DNA of 64,000 nucleotides from Octopus sinensis (lineage: Eukaryota), in assembly GCF_006345805.1 (NCBI RefSeq), contig NC_043014.1, positions 39,866,001 to 39,930,000 of the forward strand. Reading direction: 5' to 3'. This document shows positions 24,974 to 39,043 of this stretch, one piece after another. A program made the translations under genes and the position numbers. Position 1 is the first letter of the stretch. Each line of letters begins with the position of its first letter. Below the pieces are notes generated by a model. It was not told where the DNA came from. It worked only from the letters and a program-made list of their open reading frames with translations, and did no database searches.

Positions 24974-25338
24974 TTGCTCGGGTTTGTAAGGGAAATAACT
25001 ATATAAGCATTTTTAGAGATGTAAAGTATAATAGCCATCTCAATATGGCAAACCACAAAGTGGGGTGTTACTGTAGCTTTTTACGTTCTGAGATTTAATA
25101 ATACATTTTTAGAGAGTTACTTCCCTTATATAATAGCAAAAAAATGCATTAAAAATGGGGGAAAATGATGGTAAATTTTTTTTTAAATCGTAGACTCGTG
25201 CTAATACCCAGAAGGGCTCGATATGAATCACGACTATAAGATACCCGCTTTTGGTTACACTGCACCGCAAAATGTGGGAGTAGTTAGGAATCTAAATCGT
25301 AGGAGACAGACACACAACTTCACTTTTATATATAAAGA
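24974..25338 (-). mobile_element. Non-autonomous Helitron, second family, 3' end truncated
   Basis: Shares termini (ttgctcgggtttgt; acaacttca...tttatatata..gat) with 15661-16052 but a different interior; CTAG end missing. Confidence 0.55.
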
Positions 25339-26258
25339 TGTGCAAAAGTTACCAATTCAACAATACATTATTGCTTGCAATGACATGTACACATCTACAA
25401 TTGTTTGCTGTATATTGCTTGCTGTATCTCAAGTATGTGTTTGTGTATGTGCAAAATTTTTTTGTTGTATAATATCTCTATGTGCATTCATAAAAATGTC
25501 ATAAAAAGACCTTACAAATCTCAAAAGTACTTACTTTATATGACTGCACCTGTATTTCTCCCATTGCACATCTGCAAATATGAAAAATAAAATAAAAAAT
25601 TATTTAGAATTAGTTTAAAACATAAGATAAAGAGACTTAATAAAATCTCAGATTTAGAGGATTTAAATAAGAACTGAAAAGTTATTGAAAGATATTCCAG
25701 TTCATGAGGTTTTGCTATGTGGCAATACAAATTGTAAAGAAATCTTAAGAGAACAACAAGAGATTTTCTGGTTTAGTTGGAGCTTATATCAATGAGTTCT
25801 GATTTCCTGTTATTAACATGTCTATAGGTAAATATTGCGAAAAAAAAGAAGCAATTAATCACTGATTTGTTGAACAAACTTAGTATTAAAAGAAGCTGTG
25901 AGCATGTCTTAACAGGTCCTAAATAAATAAAAATGCCTGGGAAACAAAAGCTGTAAATCAGTTTCAAGTTTTTATAGTGGTCATATTATTTGTCCTTAAT
26001 GTCTGTTATATGTTAAAAAGAAGGAAAAAAAGGAAAAACAAAAATTTGTTATTAGTGATAGATGTGGTATAAAATCAGAATTGCATTCTATATATCTTAC
26101 TTAACATGGATATAGAGTAGAAGGTCTTGAGAAAACATCTTGTATAGACATATAGTGCTTAAAAGCACACAAGCATCTCAATAACCAACAAAAAAGTGTC
26201 CAGCAATAGCAGTGGAATTGCTAAATCTGGACTTCTGCATCTTTGCACATCATCGGTA

Positions 26259-26438
26259 TCATCATCATCATTTAGCATCCGTTTTCCATGCTAGCATGGG
26301 TTGGACGGTTCAACTGGGGTCTGTGAAGCCAGAAGGCTTCATCAGGCCCAGTCAGATCTGGCAGTGTTTCTACGGCTGGATGTCCTTCCTAACGCCAACC
26401 ACTCCGTGAGTGTAGTGGGTGCTTTTTACGTGCCACCC
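26259..26438 (-). mobile_element. Family B, 5'-truncated
   Basis: (cat)n tail and core. Confidence 0.85.
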
Positions 26439-26674
26439 ACTTAGACAAATTTCACTTCTACTGACAAGAAAAATTGTGATTGACAAATTACTGGTGTTGC
26501 AAGTAGTTGGTAGGTTGGGTAAAAATTTGTTATTAGTAACCAAAGTAGAATTAGTTCAGAATAGAGAATACTCTATTTGTCTATCCAAAGCATTTTCCTA
26601 AGTTTGTCCTGAACATCCATGTTTGTTTTGTTGCATTCTGAGTAATATGAAGATTTCTTTTTGTAAGACCCAAG

Positions 26675-27171
26675 TTGTGTGTGAGAAGACCCGGCAGAAC
26701 AAGTGAGACCATAACCTGTGGCCTCTACATGGGATGTAGCCAGTCTACTTATGCATACCTTTCCTTCTTGGGACACAAAACTCTACTTGTGAAGACCTGT
26801 TGAGGCAAGTGAAAATCGAAATCGATCAACATCAATGGAAATTGCAGCTGTGATACCAGTGCCGGTGGTACGTAAGAGAACCATCCGAACGTGGCCGTTG
26901 CCAGCGCCGCCCCGACGGGCCTCGTGCCGGTGGCACATAAAAAGCACCATCTGATCGTGGCCGTTTGCCAGCCTCGTCTGGCACCTGTGCCAGTGGCACG
27001 TAAAAAGCACCCACTACACTCACGGAGTGGTTGGCATTAGGAAGGGCATCCAGCCGTAGAAACATTGCCAGATCAGATTGGGCCTGGTGCAGCCTTCGGG
27101 CTTCCCAGACCCCAGTTGAACCGTCCAACCCATGCTAGCATGGAAAGCGGACGCTAAACGATGATGATGAA
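26675..27171 (+). mobile_element. Family B, long copy
   Basis: Three internal modules, core and (gat)n tail. Confidence 0.85.
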
Positions 27172-27909
27172 GTTACTCTGAACTGAAAAAGAAACTGAGA
27201 ATATTTATCACATTATAATGGAAATCTGTTCTCTGTACCAAATATGATGCACAGCATGGGCAAAGGGTTAGTATAGAATGAATTTGCATTCTGTACAGGA
27301 TTAAGTGGTGTTTAAAGACAGAAGAATTTTCTGGACTTAAAACCTCAACCAGTGTAAATGTAGTCATGATTCTATAATTGTAAATTGTGTTACATTTTTC
27401 TTGCATACATTTATAAACAACAGTGATGCCGGATCGTATTTCCAACAATGAGAGTGTTAAGAGATGTGTTTGAATGCAGCCTTTGAAAGCTTGTACTTTG
27501 CTAGTCTACACAGCCCTTATTGTAGCTTCTATATAATTCTCCCACATTTTGACAGCTAAATACAGCAAGCTCCAGTTTCAAGTGTAACTTGGATTCAAGT
27601 CCTGAGAGGGCTGCTGCGCTGCTGTGAATGTATTAGCATTTGTAAAAGCATATCTTTCAAACCACAGTGACAAATTATTCTGAGTTCTAAATAAACTATG
27701 GACTGTGTCTTGAATGTGATGGACTATGTCTTCTGTTCAATTTTTATAGTCTCCTACATTATAAGAATTTTACAGTCTCCAACAATACAAGCTATTTCAC
27801 TGCATCATTTTTGCAACTGTAATAATCCAGAGAACATTCTTTTGAGGTGTATAGAATTACCTGCATATGCTATGTGAGGTAAGTACATATCTGTGCAAAG
27901 TAGGTGTAT

Positions 27910-28199
27910 TCATCATCATCGTCGTTTAATGTCTGCTTTCCATGCTAGCATGGGTTGGATGATTTGACTGAGGTCTGGCAAACCAGATGGCTGCACCAGA
28001 CTCCAATCTGATCTGGCAGAGTTTCTACAGCTGGATGCCCTTCCGAATGCCAACCACTCCGAGAGTGTAGTGGGTGCTTTTACGTGCCACAGGCATGAGG
28101 GCCAGTTAGGTGGTATTGGCAACGGCCACACTCAAATGCTGCTTTTTATGTGCCACCTGCACAGGAGCCAGTCCAGTGGCACTGGCAACGACCTCGCCA
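27910..28199 (-). mobile_element. Family B
   Basis: (cat)n tail, core, two modules. Confidence 0.85.
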
Positions 28200-30914
28200 G
28201 GGACACTTGAGAATGCTTTGTGTTGTGCAGACAGAGCTCTTCCTTCCATTCCATGCCCAGTATGCCCCCTAATTTGGTATAATGTTTCAACTCTCCATTA
28301 GATACTGTGACGATATGTTCTGCTCACATTAAGATTGCTGTCAATTACTACCCACAGGCAGATTACATTTCTCAGAGTGAAAATTGAAACAAGGTGAACT
28401 TACTTTCCAGTAATCTACTCAGGCATTCATCCTGACAAACTACCTGTTTACACTACTGCAGCATTACTTTCTTCTGCTGACCTTACTGGTGCAACCAGAA
28501 GTCAATTTTTAATGTTGAGATAGAAGTTTGTTTTCATAAGCATTAATCAAATCATCTATAGAAATTAAGTCAAAAGAGAAGTAAGCATTTTGCATTTAAT
28601 GCACTGATGAATGGGAGATTGGGATATTGGCCTAAAAGTGCAACTTTGATGAATTTCCGATTAGGGCAGCTTTCAAGGCACTTTAACAGTCCCCACATAT
28701 TCTCATGAATTCCAGCTTCACACCGAGTTAGATATGTCAAGCTCCACCAAAAGCTTCTTGGATAGTTAAATGCTTTAACATATACTTCCAGCTCTAAACA
28801 CTAGTAATTATTTGATGATTAAGAAAAGCAATGCCAGTTGTGTGACCTAAAATTACTAATTCTGTTCAACATGCAAACACACACAAACTTTACCTGTCTA
28901 TAACTTTCAGGAGTTTTAACACCTAGCGCTTTGAAGGAGTCATCTCCATCATGCTAAACCACAGCTTACCAACAAACAAGCAAGGCACAGCAGGCCCTTT
29001 GAAATACATGTACTACACATCTTTACCAGCTGAGTGGACTGTAGCAACATGAAATGAAGTGTCTTGCTCAAGGACACAATGCACTGCCAATAATCAAACT
29101 CATGTCCTTACAATCACGAGCTGAAAACCCTAACAACTAAGCAACATACCTGGAAATGAACAACACTGCTTGTATGACAGTGATGCTTGTTTACAACTAT
29201 CACATGATGTCAAAACAAGGGTACATGCAAACATACACCAACACACTTCTGTTATATGGCAATATTTGACCATCTTTCAACTCACTGATGAGTGCCTTGA
29301 TTCCCACAAAACCTTTTGTCCTCAGCCTGAGCCCCTGTCTGTATCATCTCTTGTCCTTGAAGACTTACTCTGGTACTCCATTGCTACCATCTTACCTTCT
29401 TGGCTACTTACACCCTTATGTCATGCTACATATCTCCTGTAATAGCAAGGCACTTCTGCTTGTCCCTGGCATAAAACCATCTCTTACCCATCTCAAATAT
29501 TTCCTCCACTTAGGTGGGGGAGCTTTTCCCTTCCAGTCTTACAAGTTATTTGGCAACCTTATTAATGTCAGTGGCATGAAAAAAATAAAATACACACTGT
29601 AAAGTGGTTGGCATTAGGAAGGACATTCAGCTATAGAAACCATGACAAAGCTGACAGGGACATGAAGCAGCCCTGTGGCTCATTGGATCCTGTCAAACTA
29701 TCCAACCACGCCAGTATAGGAAACGGATGTTAAGCCATGATGTGTACATTGAGTATTCTGAATATTTAAATAACAGATGAACTATCTATGTGTGTACATG
29801 CACACATATGTTCATTATTCACAAAAAATTCTATTCTATTTTCAACATATATAATCTTGAAAATTACATGTAGTATTTGAATGAAAGATAAAAAAAAAAT
29901 AGTAAAGATAATTATTAGAATAATCATTTTAGATATAAATATAAAAATTAGTCAAAGGACTAATTTAATATTGGCAAATAAAAATAATGAAATAATTTCA
30001 CTTCAGAAAGACTTCTTTCAAAGTCAATCATTTATTAATTATAAGCAATCAAATGGGTGATTTTTTTTTTAATAATGTAAAGTGTTCAACCATAGTATTA
30101 CACAATATTACTAAAATTTTCCTCAAACAAAGCTCTATAATTATATATACAAATGTTCCAATTTATTCTGCTCATCAGAACAACCTAACATTTTAGATTT
30201 GATGGTGAAATGATAGCTTAATGGTAGCTATCATTAAACAGAGTTTAAATTCTACTTAAGTTGATTTAGTCTGTTCAACATCAAATTTTTTTAAAATTAT
30301 CTAAAAAAGAAACCAAACAAAGAAATGCATTAGACTTTCTTAAAAGAAAAAAATTAAATAAAAAGGAAAATTTTTACTAATCAAAAAAAAAAAGAAAATT
30401 TCAAATCTGTCAGATTTTCTTTCCTGCCATTCTTCAACAAATTCCAATTTATCTATTTCCAAATTGATTCTTTCCAAATGGGAAATATACAAATTGACAT
30501 TTATTATTCTGTCACCATTAATATTTTCAATGTCTAGTGATTAACAGATACTGGAACTGAACTATTTCAATACAAAGTTGTATGCAATTCATTAATAAGT
30601 TGTTTTCTCACCCTACCCCACCCTACTTTCAGTAAAAGGTTATTATTTATTAATTTTATTTAATTTTCATTTTTTTCTATTTTTGCGATCTGCAAACAAT
30701 AGCCATTGTTGGCAACAGGTTTACAACAAGTGAATCACTAGTTTCGCAACATTTCTAATGAGAGTCTCTAACTCAATGCAAGACACCATTTAACAAGGCA
30801 CCACTTTCCATAGAATTGCACTGCACTCGGGCTTTTGGGAAGAAATGGAGCATGAATGGGGTTTGAAGCAATCCCAAGTAAAGCTCATTACTGTATTGAG
30901 ATAAACCCAGCTGC

Positions 30915-31141
30915 ATTATCATCATCATTGCCATTTTAATGCTTGCATGGGCTGGATAGAATTTATTGAGGTAGATTTTCTATGGCTGGATGTTCTTATT
31001 GTCATTAACCCTCACCTGTTTCCCAGCAAGGTAATATTTCTTTGCGGCCAGACATGCTTTTGCAGAATATTGGAAATGAATGACGATGTTTAGCTGACAG
31101 GAACATATATTTACAACCATCATGCAATGTCAAGACAAGGA

Positions 31142-31197
<56 letters not shown>

Positions 31198-31372
31198 TGT
31201 GTGTGCGTGCACGTGCACACACACAAAATGGACTTCTTTCAGTTTCCATCTACAAAACCCATTCACAAGGCTTTGGTCGGCCTGGGACTATAGTAGAAAA
31301 TACTCAAGATGCCATGCAGTGGGACTGAATCTGTAACCATGTGGTTGTAAAACAAACTTCTCAGTTACACAG
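30915..31372 (-). mobile_element. Old SINE with family A head and family-B-like tail; internal (GT)n
   Basis: A-like head at right, aaccctcacctgtt...catcatc tail at left. Confidence 0.65.
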
Positions 31373-32739
31373 CTTGGTTTGAAAGCATTAAGGACATCGA
31401 AAAAGCATGATCTAAAAAGAAAAACAGCCAGATGCTGCACAAATGACTATTGGTTACAACTCTGTGAAATCAGTCGATCCTCACTTGACACAGGAAACAA
31501 CTGTGGAGTTGTAAGAAGGGATTAAGAAAGCCATCAGCTCAACTCAAAATAAGACAACATGATGGAAAACCATAACAAGGAAGCACATCTAAGATAAATG
31601 GGGCATAGGAGGAAGACAAAGGAACATATGGAAAACAGGAAGAGAACACAGACACACTCAATCCTTCATCAGTTATCAACCAAATATCATCCCAATTTCA
31701 ACACCTTCTGGTGTTATTGTTCAATTTGGTGGTGTTGGCAACATAAGAAGCTGGGATATAAATGAGAGGACAAGAAAGATGAAAAAAAAAACGAGAAAAC
31801 ATAGGACAAGTAAAGTAACAAGAAAAGACGAGATTTCTAGAATAGAGAGTGAAAAGGATGAGTTATGAGGAGAAATGGAAAAATGTTAAAATGAAAAATA
31901 GATAAATAGGCAATGGCAGAGAAAACAACAAACAAACATAGACAACAGAGAGATATTGGTACCACTTTAACATGCCATCTACTGCACCATTCACAATCTA
32001 GTATGCAACCTTAATTTTGTATGCAATCTAACTCAAAACCAAATCTAGTCATTTCACAGCATAGACTATGGATACTGTGATAGACTCCACAATATAGTAG
32101 CACCAAGGTATCTGTATACATGAGATAAAGATAAGCAGATGGGGAATTAGGTGGAATGCTGCTACTCTAAAATATACTCCACAGAAAACTACATCTCAGA
32201 TAATATAAGTTAAGTTAATTTTTTGGCTCAAAAAGCATAAAGCAAGGCCATGTAGGGGGACATGGAGTTAAGTACAGGGAGGGTGTTCATGCAAAGAGTT
32301 CAGGCCATTTCTGGTCAGGAGAGACTTTGAATATGCTAGACACCATGGAATGTTTGTCCATTCTAAAGGAACCGGATGCTTGCTTACTAACTAAAGAGCT
32401 GAGTAAAGCCATCAACAGCTTGTCTACTAGCAAGGCACTTAGGATTGGATGACATTCCACTAAAAGTCAACATGTGCGCTGTTAAAATCTCAACACCAAC
32501 TACTGTGTCAGTGTTGGAAAGAAGGAGCAATGCTGTATGACACGAGTTTTCAACAGTGTCACCTTGCATAAGAAGGAAGGGGAGAGAAGTAACTACAACC
32601 ATTACAGGGAAATCTCTTTGCTGAACATTGTTGGGAAAGCCTTCATTTGTGTCGGCTTGAACAAACTGCAGAAAATTGATGAGATAGTATATCACTAGTC
32701 TTGGTGTGATTTCAAGTAAGAGCACTCCACAGTCGACAA

Positions 32740-33115
32740 CTCTTTTACTTGTTTCAGTCATTTGACTGTGGTCATGCTGGAGCACCGCCTTTAGTCGAGC
32801 AAATCGATCCCAGGACTTATTCTTTGGAAGCCTAGTACTAATTCTATCGGTCTTTTTTGCCGAACCGCTAAGTTACGGGGACATAAACACACCAGCATCG
32901 GTTGTCAAGCGATGTTGGAGGGACAAACACAGACATACAAACATATATATATATACATATATACGACGGGCTTCTTTCAGTTTCCGTCTACCAAATCCAC
33001 TCACAAGGCTTTGATCGGCCTGAGGCTATAGTAGAAGACATTTGCCCAAGGTGCCACGCAGTGGGACTGAACCAGAATCATGTAGTTGGTAAGCAAGCTA
33101 CTTACCACACACTCC
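32740..33115 (-). mobile_element. SINE family A (inside LINE)
   Basis: Full-length match. Confidence 0.9.
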
Positions 33116-33200
33116 TTTCAACAACTACAAGAGAAATATAGAGTAAAAGCAACCATTCTATGTTACTCTAGTTAGATTCATAAAGGTTTTCAATATAGTG

Positions 33201-33919
33201 CAGTAGTTCTCAACCAGGGTCCATATAAGATTTTTGGGTGTCCATACAAAAAAAATAGTAAATTGGGGGTCACAAAAGTATTTTAATGGCCCCTGAAAAA
33301 ATTTTGCTTTAGATGTATGTGTTGGTATGTATTGTAAGAAGCAGCTGGGTTTCTTCCTCTTACATAGTTCAACCTACACAAGTCAATGGGTGGAAAACAA
33401 AATAGGAACTTTGAAAGTTTCTATAAAACTAGTTTGTAGACATCAAATGGCTATGGGGGTCCACCAGAGTAAAATGGTAATCAAAGGGGTCCATACTCTT
33501 TTACTTGTTTCAGTCATTTGACTGTGGCCATGCTGGAGCACCGCCTTTAGTCGAGCAAATCAACCCCAGGACTTATTCTTTGTAAGCCTAGTACTTATTC
33601 TATCGGTCTCTTTTGGCCAAACCGCTAAGTTACGGGGACGTAAACACACTAGCATTGGTTGTCAAGTGATGTTGGGGGGACAAACACAGACACAGAAACA
33701 TATACACACACACATACATACATATATATATATATATATACATTGGGCTTCTTTTAGTTTCCGTCTACCAAATCCACTCACAAGGCTTTGGTCAGCCCGA
33801 GGCTATAGTAGTAGAAGAGACTTGCCCAAAGTACCACGCAGTGGGACTGAACCCGGAACCATGTGGTTCATAAGCAAGCTACTTACCACACAGTCACAAA
33901 AAATAGTTGAGAATCCCTG
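33201..33919. mobile_element. hAT (Charlie-like) MITE hosting a SINE A
   Basis: TIRs cagtagttctcaac / gttgagaatccctg; 8-bp TSD atatagtg / atctagtg. Confidence 0.8.
33496..33893 (-). mobile_element. SINE family A (inside hAT MITE)
   Basis: Near full-length match. Confidence 0.9.
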
Positions 33920-34765
33920 ATCTAGTGAGTAACAGACTTTAAATACCTCACCAGGATTGGCCGTATTCCAAGATTCCTTGGAATAGTTCAGTCTTCCACA
34001 GACATGAAGAGGTCATTCAGAGATGTTCAACATACTCGGTAATGCGAAGCAGAACTGCAAGCTTTCCTCTATCCTGTTCAGCATCTTCACAGACATGCCG
34101 AAGCATATCTTTGGAATATGAACTGATGGTATCTACCTTTGCACCAGATCAGACAGGAGGTTGCTCAGATTGAGGGTGAAAACCAAAATTAGATGAATCA
34201 CTAATCAAGGACATGTTCTTTGTAAACAACATAGCACCAACTACATTCTGCTGAGCAGCTACTCAAGAACCAACCAAGACTTCAACTTGACCATCAGCTT
34301 GAAGAAGACAAAAGTGTTGGGCCAAGGAACTGTTTATTCTCTGCCATTACTATCAACAATTACAAACTGGAAGTGGTTCTTGAGTTCACATGCCTGGGCT
34401 TCATCATCACAGACAACTTCTGCCTAAAATCTGGGAGAACAATAAGCTAATAATGCACACCAATGGTGCAGTTTATAGAGCTTATGTCATTAGCAAACTG
34501 CTTCAAGTCATTAAGACCTGGAACCACTAATCTACAGAAGAACAATGTCTCAATTCTTTCCATCTCTGTAGCCTGTGATGCATACTGGGTAATTTGTGAA
34601 CTGACCAAATCACCAATAAGGTTCTGACTCTTGGCCAAATACTCAACCTATTCCGCCTTCTTCAATAATGACAACTTTGCTGGCTGGACCACACACTCCA
34701 GATGCCAGATGGGAGGATACTAAAAGACTATGAAGAGATGGCTACTAGAAAGCACAAAGGCAATG

Positions 34766-34927
34766 CATATAAGATGCACATTTTACAAAAAAAAAATTTC
34801 AAAAAAATCATATTGGGTCTTATGTGTGAAGTTGGGCCTCTCATAAGTTTTAAGCACTAAAAACATTTTTTGCCCCTGAATATGTGATGCTGAAATTGGG
34901 GTGCGTCTTTTATGCCATCAAATATGG
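34766..34927. mobile_element. pogo/Tigger-like MITE remnant
   Basis: Subterminal inverted motif ataagatgcac / gtgcgtctttt; ...aaatatgg right end. Confidence 0.4.
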
Positions 34928-35371
34928 CGCTTTGCCTGGACTTTTTTCTTTTATATTTTGTCCTCATCTTTCTGCTCTCCATCTACATTCCAGAGAAGGG
35001 TAATATCTAAAACATGAGAATAAATTCTTTCCACTTTCTCGAGTGTCAAACTAATAATTCTGATCATAAACCTACCCCATTTATATATATTTTTTATGCT
35101 ATACGTGTGTGTTTTACAAAATACTGCCAGCTAAGAACAAAAATAGTGCTGAATTTAAATGGCAACTTAGGTAATCTGTAGAATATAGAACCATAAAATA
35201 AGTACCAGACTGAAATATATACTAGTATTGCTATGATCAACTAAAAACCAATGTAGGCAGTGTGCCAGCATGGCTAGTCAGTGAGTGAAACCACTAAAAG
35301 AAAATGTGTATGTTCACACCTGAACATGTATATATTCATAATCACTACAAATATTAAAACTATATATAAAA

Positions 35372-35767
35372 CTAGCAGTATTACCCGGTGTTGCTCGGGT
35401 TTGTTTTCTTTTCGAATTGGAATTTTTGAAAAGTAAAAATTTTGCATTATGTAGCTTGTTATTCTCTTTAAGTGAACATTTTTCAGGTTGAAATACACCG
35501 AAAAATGGCGATACAGCAGTAAAAAAATTGTAAAAAATAGGGATTTTCATAGAAAAAAAAGCACCTTTTTGATGTAAATAATTTTGGGTCTTAACATGGT
35601 CCGATTTGAATTTTTTCTTCTACAGAATGAAGAGTAAGCCTTCTTCTATCATACTCTCAATTTTGGTCAACTTGTGCCGCAGGGTCTCGGAGGAGATAGT
35701 GTTAGTTGAAGGTTACCAAACCTGCCACACATAGACAACTTCAACTTTATATATATAGAGAGAGAGA
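35372..35767 (-). mobile_element. Non-autonomous Helitron
   Basis: A|TC...cccgagcaacaccggg hairpin...CTAG|T; copy of 15661-16052. Confidence 0.82.
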
Positions 35768-36822
35768 TTATGGCAAACAATGATATTGGAAAGAAAAACC
35801 CATCCTAATATTCATTCCAAATTCTGCTTTGAAAGTAATTTTAGTTAAAAAAGATGAAAATAATTGAGGTAATTATATTAAGCAATTTATCAATAAATGT
35901 GAGAATTTATTTTTATTTTTTAATTTTATTTTCGCAAAACCTATTAAAAACCGAAATGGTTTGCTTTTATTTTGCAACATATAATATAATAGCTGACATT
36001 TGATATGTTTACAGAAAACATCCAAACATATTCTACGCTGCCATCTAAGAGTCAATGCTATATTTTACACAGAAACATATCACACCCTGCTTTCAAAAAT
36101 CAATACGGCATATAACGATTAACAGATGGATGAAATATTCATAAAAACAATGAAACGTTCAGTCAACTAATTATCATGTTGGGATGGATAGAATAGAATA
36201 CTATGTTGCATATAGATAGAATTGAAAAATAAGAAAACAAAATTTTATTTGTAATGCATTGATAATTATTCAATTAGTCATTATTATATTACAACACAGA
36301 TTCTATAGTTTTTATTATGAAACACATTCAACATCTTTATATATACTTTTAAACACTTCATCCAAAAACCACACACATATCCATACTGTCAATAATGACA
36401 CTGAGTTAATTGTATATATATTAAAATGATAATGAAAAAAATATTTAAGATACAGAAAAATATATGAATGTTTTTATACACATACAGACACATATGTCTA
36501 GATTTTACACACATGCATGCACACATATATAAACAGCTTCCAACTTCACATACAAGGGAATTGGTTGGCTCAGGGCTATAGTAGAAAATAATTACTCTGG
36601 TGCAGTGAGATTGAAGCCCCCCCCCCCAATCACGAGGTTGTGAACTAAGTTTCTCAACTGCACAGCCATGCTGGCATGATTTCATATATATATATATATA
36701 TATATATTATTTATTAGGGAATAAAAATTTTAATAGTATAAATTATTTTAACTAGTATATTAGGATTTGATGTTTTGCATGGGGACTTCTATCTCTAAAT
36801 AACATATATATATATATCCTCC

Positions 36823-37005
36823 TCATCATCATCGTTTAGCATCCGCTTTCCCTGCTAGCATGAGTTGGACGGTGCAACTGGGGTCTGGGAAGCCAGAAGG
36901 CTGCACCAAGCCCAGTCTGATCTGGCAATGTTTCTACAGCTGGATGCCCTTCCTAACGCCAACCACTCCGTGAGTGTAGTGGGTGCTTTTACGTGCCACC
37001 GGCAC
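36823..37005 (-). mobile_element. Family B, 5'-truncated
   Basis: (cat)n tail and core. Confidence 0.85.
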
Positions 37006-37597
37006 ACACATATATACATATACATACACACACATATATGTGTGTGTGGTGTGTGATATATATATATATCACACACACATATGTGTGTGTGTGTGTGATA
37101 TATATATATATATATATATATACAACAGATGGCTATTATCACTTTAATGCCTACATTTCCACGCTTGGATGGGTCAATTGAAACTTTGTTGAGACAGAAT
37201 TTTCTACAATTGGATGTCCTTCCTTACACTAACCCTCACCTGTTCTTAGCAAAGTAGTAATCACCTAGTTAGTCAATCAGGTAGTTATGAAATCCTCCCT
37301 ATGGTGAAACATCTCTTTCTTTCTTTCTTTCACTCGCTCACTCACTCTCTCTCTCTGTTTGTGTGTATGCGTATATATACATATATACACACACATGTAC
37401 ATATACATATAAAGACTGGAATTTATGATGATATTTTAAATTCTGTACTTACAATTGATTCATTACGACATAAATATATTTTATGAACATAAATATTAAT
37501 AATATGAATACAATGATTCATAATATAATAATACATATACATACATTATCACTTTGTACCTGTATGCAATTCGTCGACTTAGTCTCAAAAATAACAG

Positions 37598-37643
<46 letters not shown>

Positions 37644-37966
37644 AATAGGGCTGATATTAACAGATAAAATAGGGGCTATCTTGCTTGTTGTTTTTAAACT
37701 ATAAACACTCCCAAGGCAAGTTTTTTGCTGCCTCGTTGCAAAGATAATATCTAGTTTTCACACCTTACTATATTACATATGTGGAGGCTACCGTATGTAG
37801 TCAATTTATGATATTACTATATTACATATGTGAGACTACTGTATATTTAGTATGCAGAACACTCCCCTCAGGTACTTTCTCACAGCCCGTACTGTTGATA
37901 GTCATAATCAGTGTCACTAAATACACTCTATTTTTATTTACAGGTGAAATTACATTGTAATGATAT

Positions 37967-38365
37967 ACTCTTTTACTTGTTTCAGTCATTTGACTGCGGC
38001 GATGCTGGAGCACCGCCTTTAATCGAGCAACTCGACCCCGGGACTTATTCTTTTGTAAGCCCAGTACTTATTCTATCGGTCTCTTTTGCCAAACCGCTAA
38101 GTAACGGGGACATAAACACACCAGCATCGGTTGTCAAGCAATGCTAGGGGGACAAACACAGACACACAAACACATACATACACATATATATATACATATA
38201 TACGACAGGCTTCTTTCAGTTTTCGTCTACCAAATCCACTCACAAGGCATTTGTCGGCCCAGGGTTATGGCAGAAGACACTTGCCCAAGATGCCATGCAG
38301 TGGGACTGAACCCGAAACCATGTGGTTGGTTAGCAAGCTACTTACCACACAGCCACTCCTGCGTC
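37967..38365 (-). mobile_element. SINE family A
   Basis: Full-length match. Confidence 0.9.
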
Positions 38366-38628
38366 TATATAATCGGTAAAAGAAATTAATTGCAATAAAA
38401 AAATTCATTATGATAGCAAGAAACACCTCATAAAAGCAAATTATTCTTTGTGAACATGTTAAAAATATGCAAATAGCACAGGCATAACTGTGTAGTTAAA
38501 ACTGTATTTTTTAACTGTAGTTAAAATTGTATTTACACAGGAATAACCGTGTAGTTAAGAAGCTCGTTTTGCAACCATGTGGTTTCAGGTTTAGTTCTAC
38601 TGCATAGCACCTTGGGCATGTGTTTTCA

Positions 38629-39043
38629 TATTTCTTTATTGCCCACAGGGGGCTAAATATAGAGGGGACAAACAAGGACAGACAAAGGGATTAAGTCGAT
38701 TATATCGACCCCAGTGCATAACTGGTACTTAATTTATCGACCCCGAAAGGATGAAAGGCAAAGTCAACCTCGGCGGAATTTGAACTCAGAACATAACAGC
38801 AGACGAAATACCTATTTCTTTATTATTTACAAGGGGCTAAACACAGAGGGGACAAACAAGGACAGACAAAGGGATTAAGTCGATTACATCGACCCCAGTG
38901 CATAACTGGTACTTAATTTATCAACCCCGAAAGGATGAAAGGCAAAGTCGACCTCGGCGGAATTTGAACTTAGAACGTAGTGGCAGACGAAATACTGCTA
39001 AGCATTTCGCCTGGCATGCTAACGTTTCTGCCAGCTCGCCACC
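38629..39043 (-). mobile_element. Dimeric SINE family C inserted in an old SINE A
   Basis: Two tandem C units; host A sequence resumes at 39044. Confidence 0.85.

Larger units (their letters stand above)
32395..34760 (+). pseudogene. Decayed RTE-clade LINE reverse transcriptase region, interrupted
   Basis: ELSKAINSL; VTLHKKEGERSNYNHYREISLLNIVGKAF...STVD; QQLQEKYR; WLDHTLQMPDGRILKD; many stops and frameshifts. Confidence 0.82.

Noticed and set aside
30813-30836. miR-92-like sequence aattgcactgcactcgggc
   Set aside because: Only the seed matches and I see no complementary arm for a precursor hairpin.
31660-31680. Hammerhead core CUGAUGA on the minus strand
   Set aside because: No stem II-GAAA follows.
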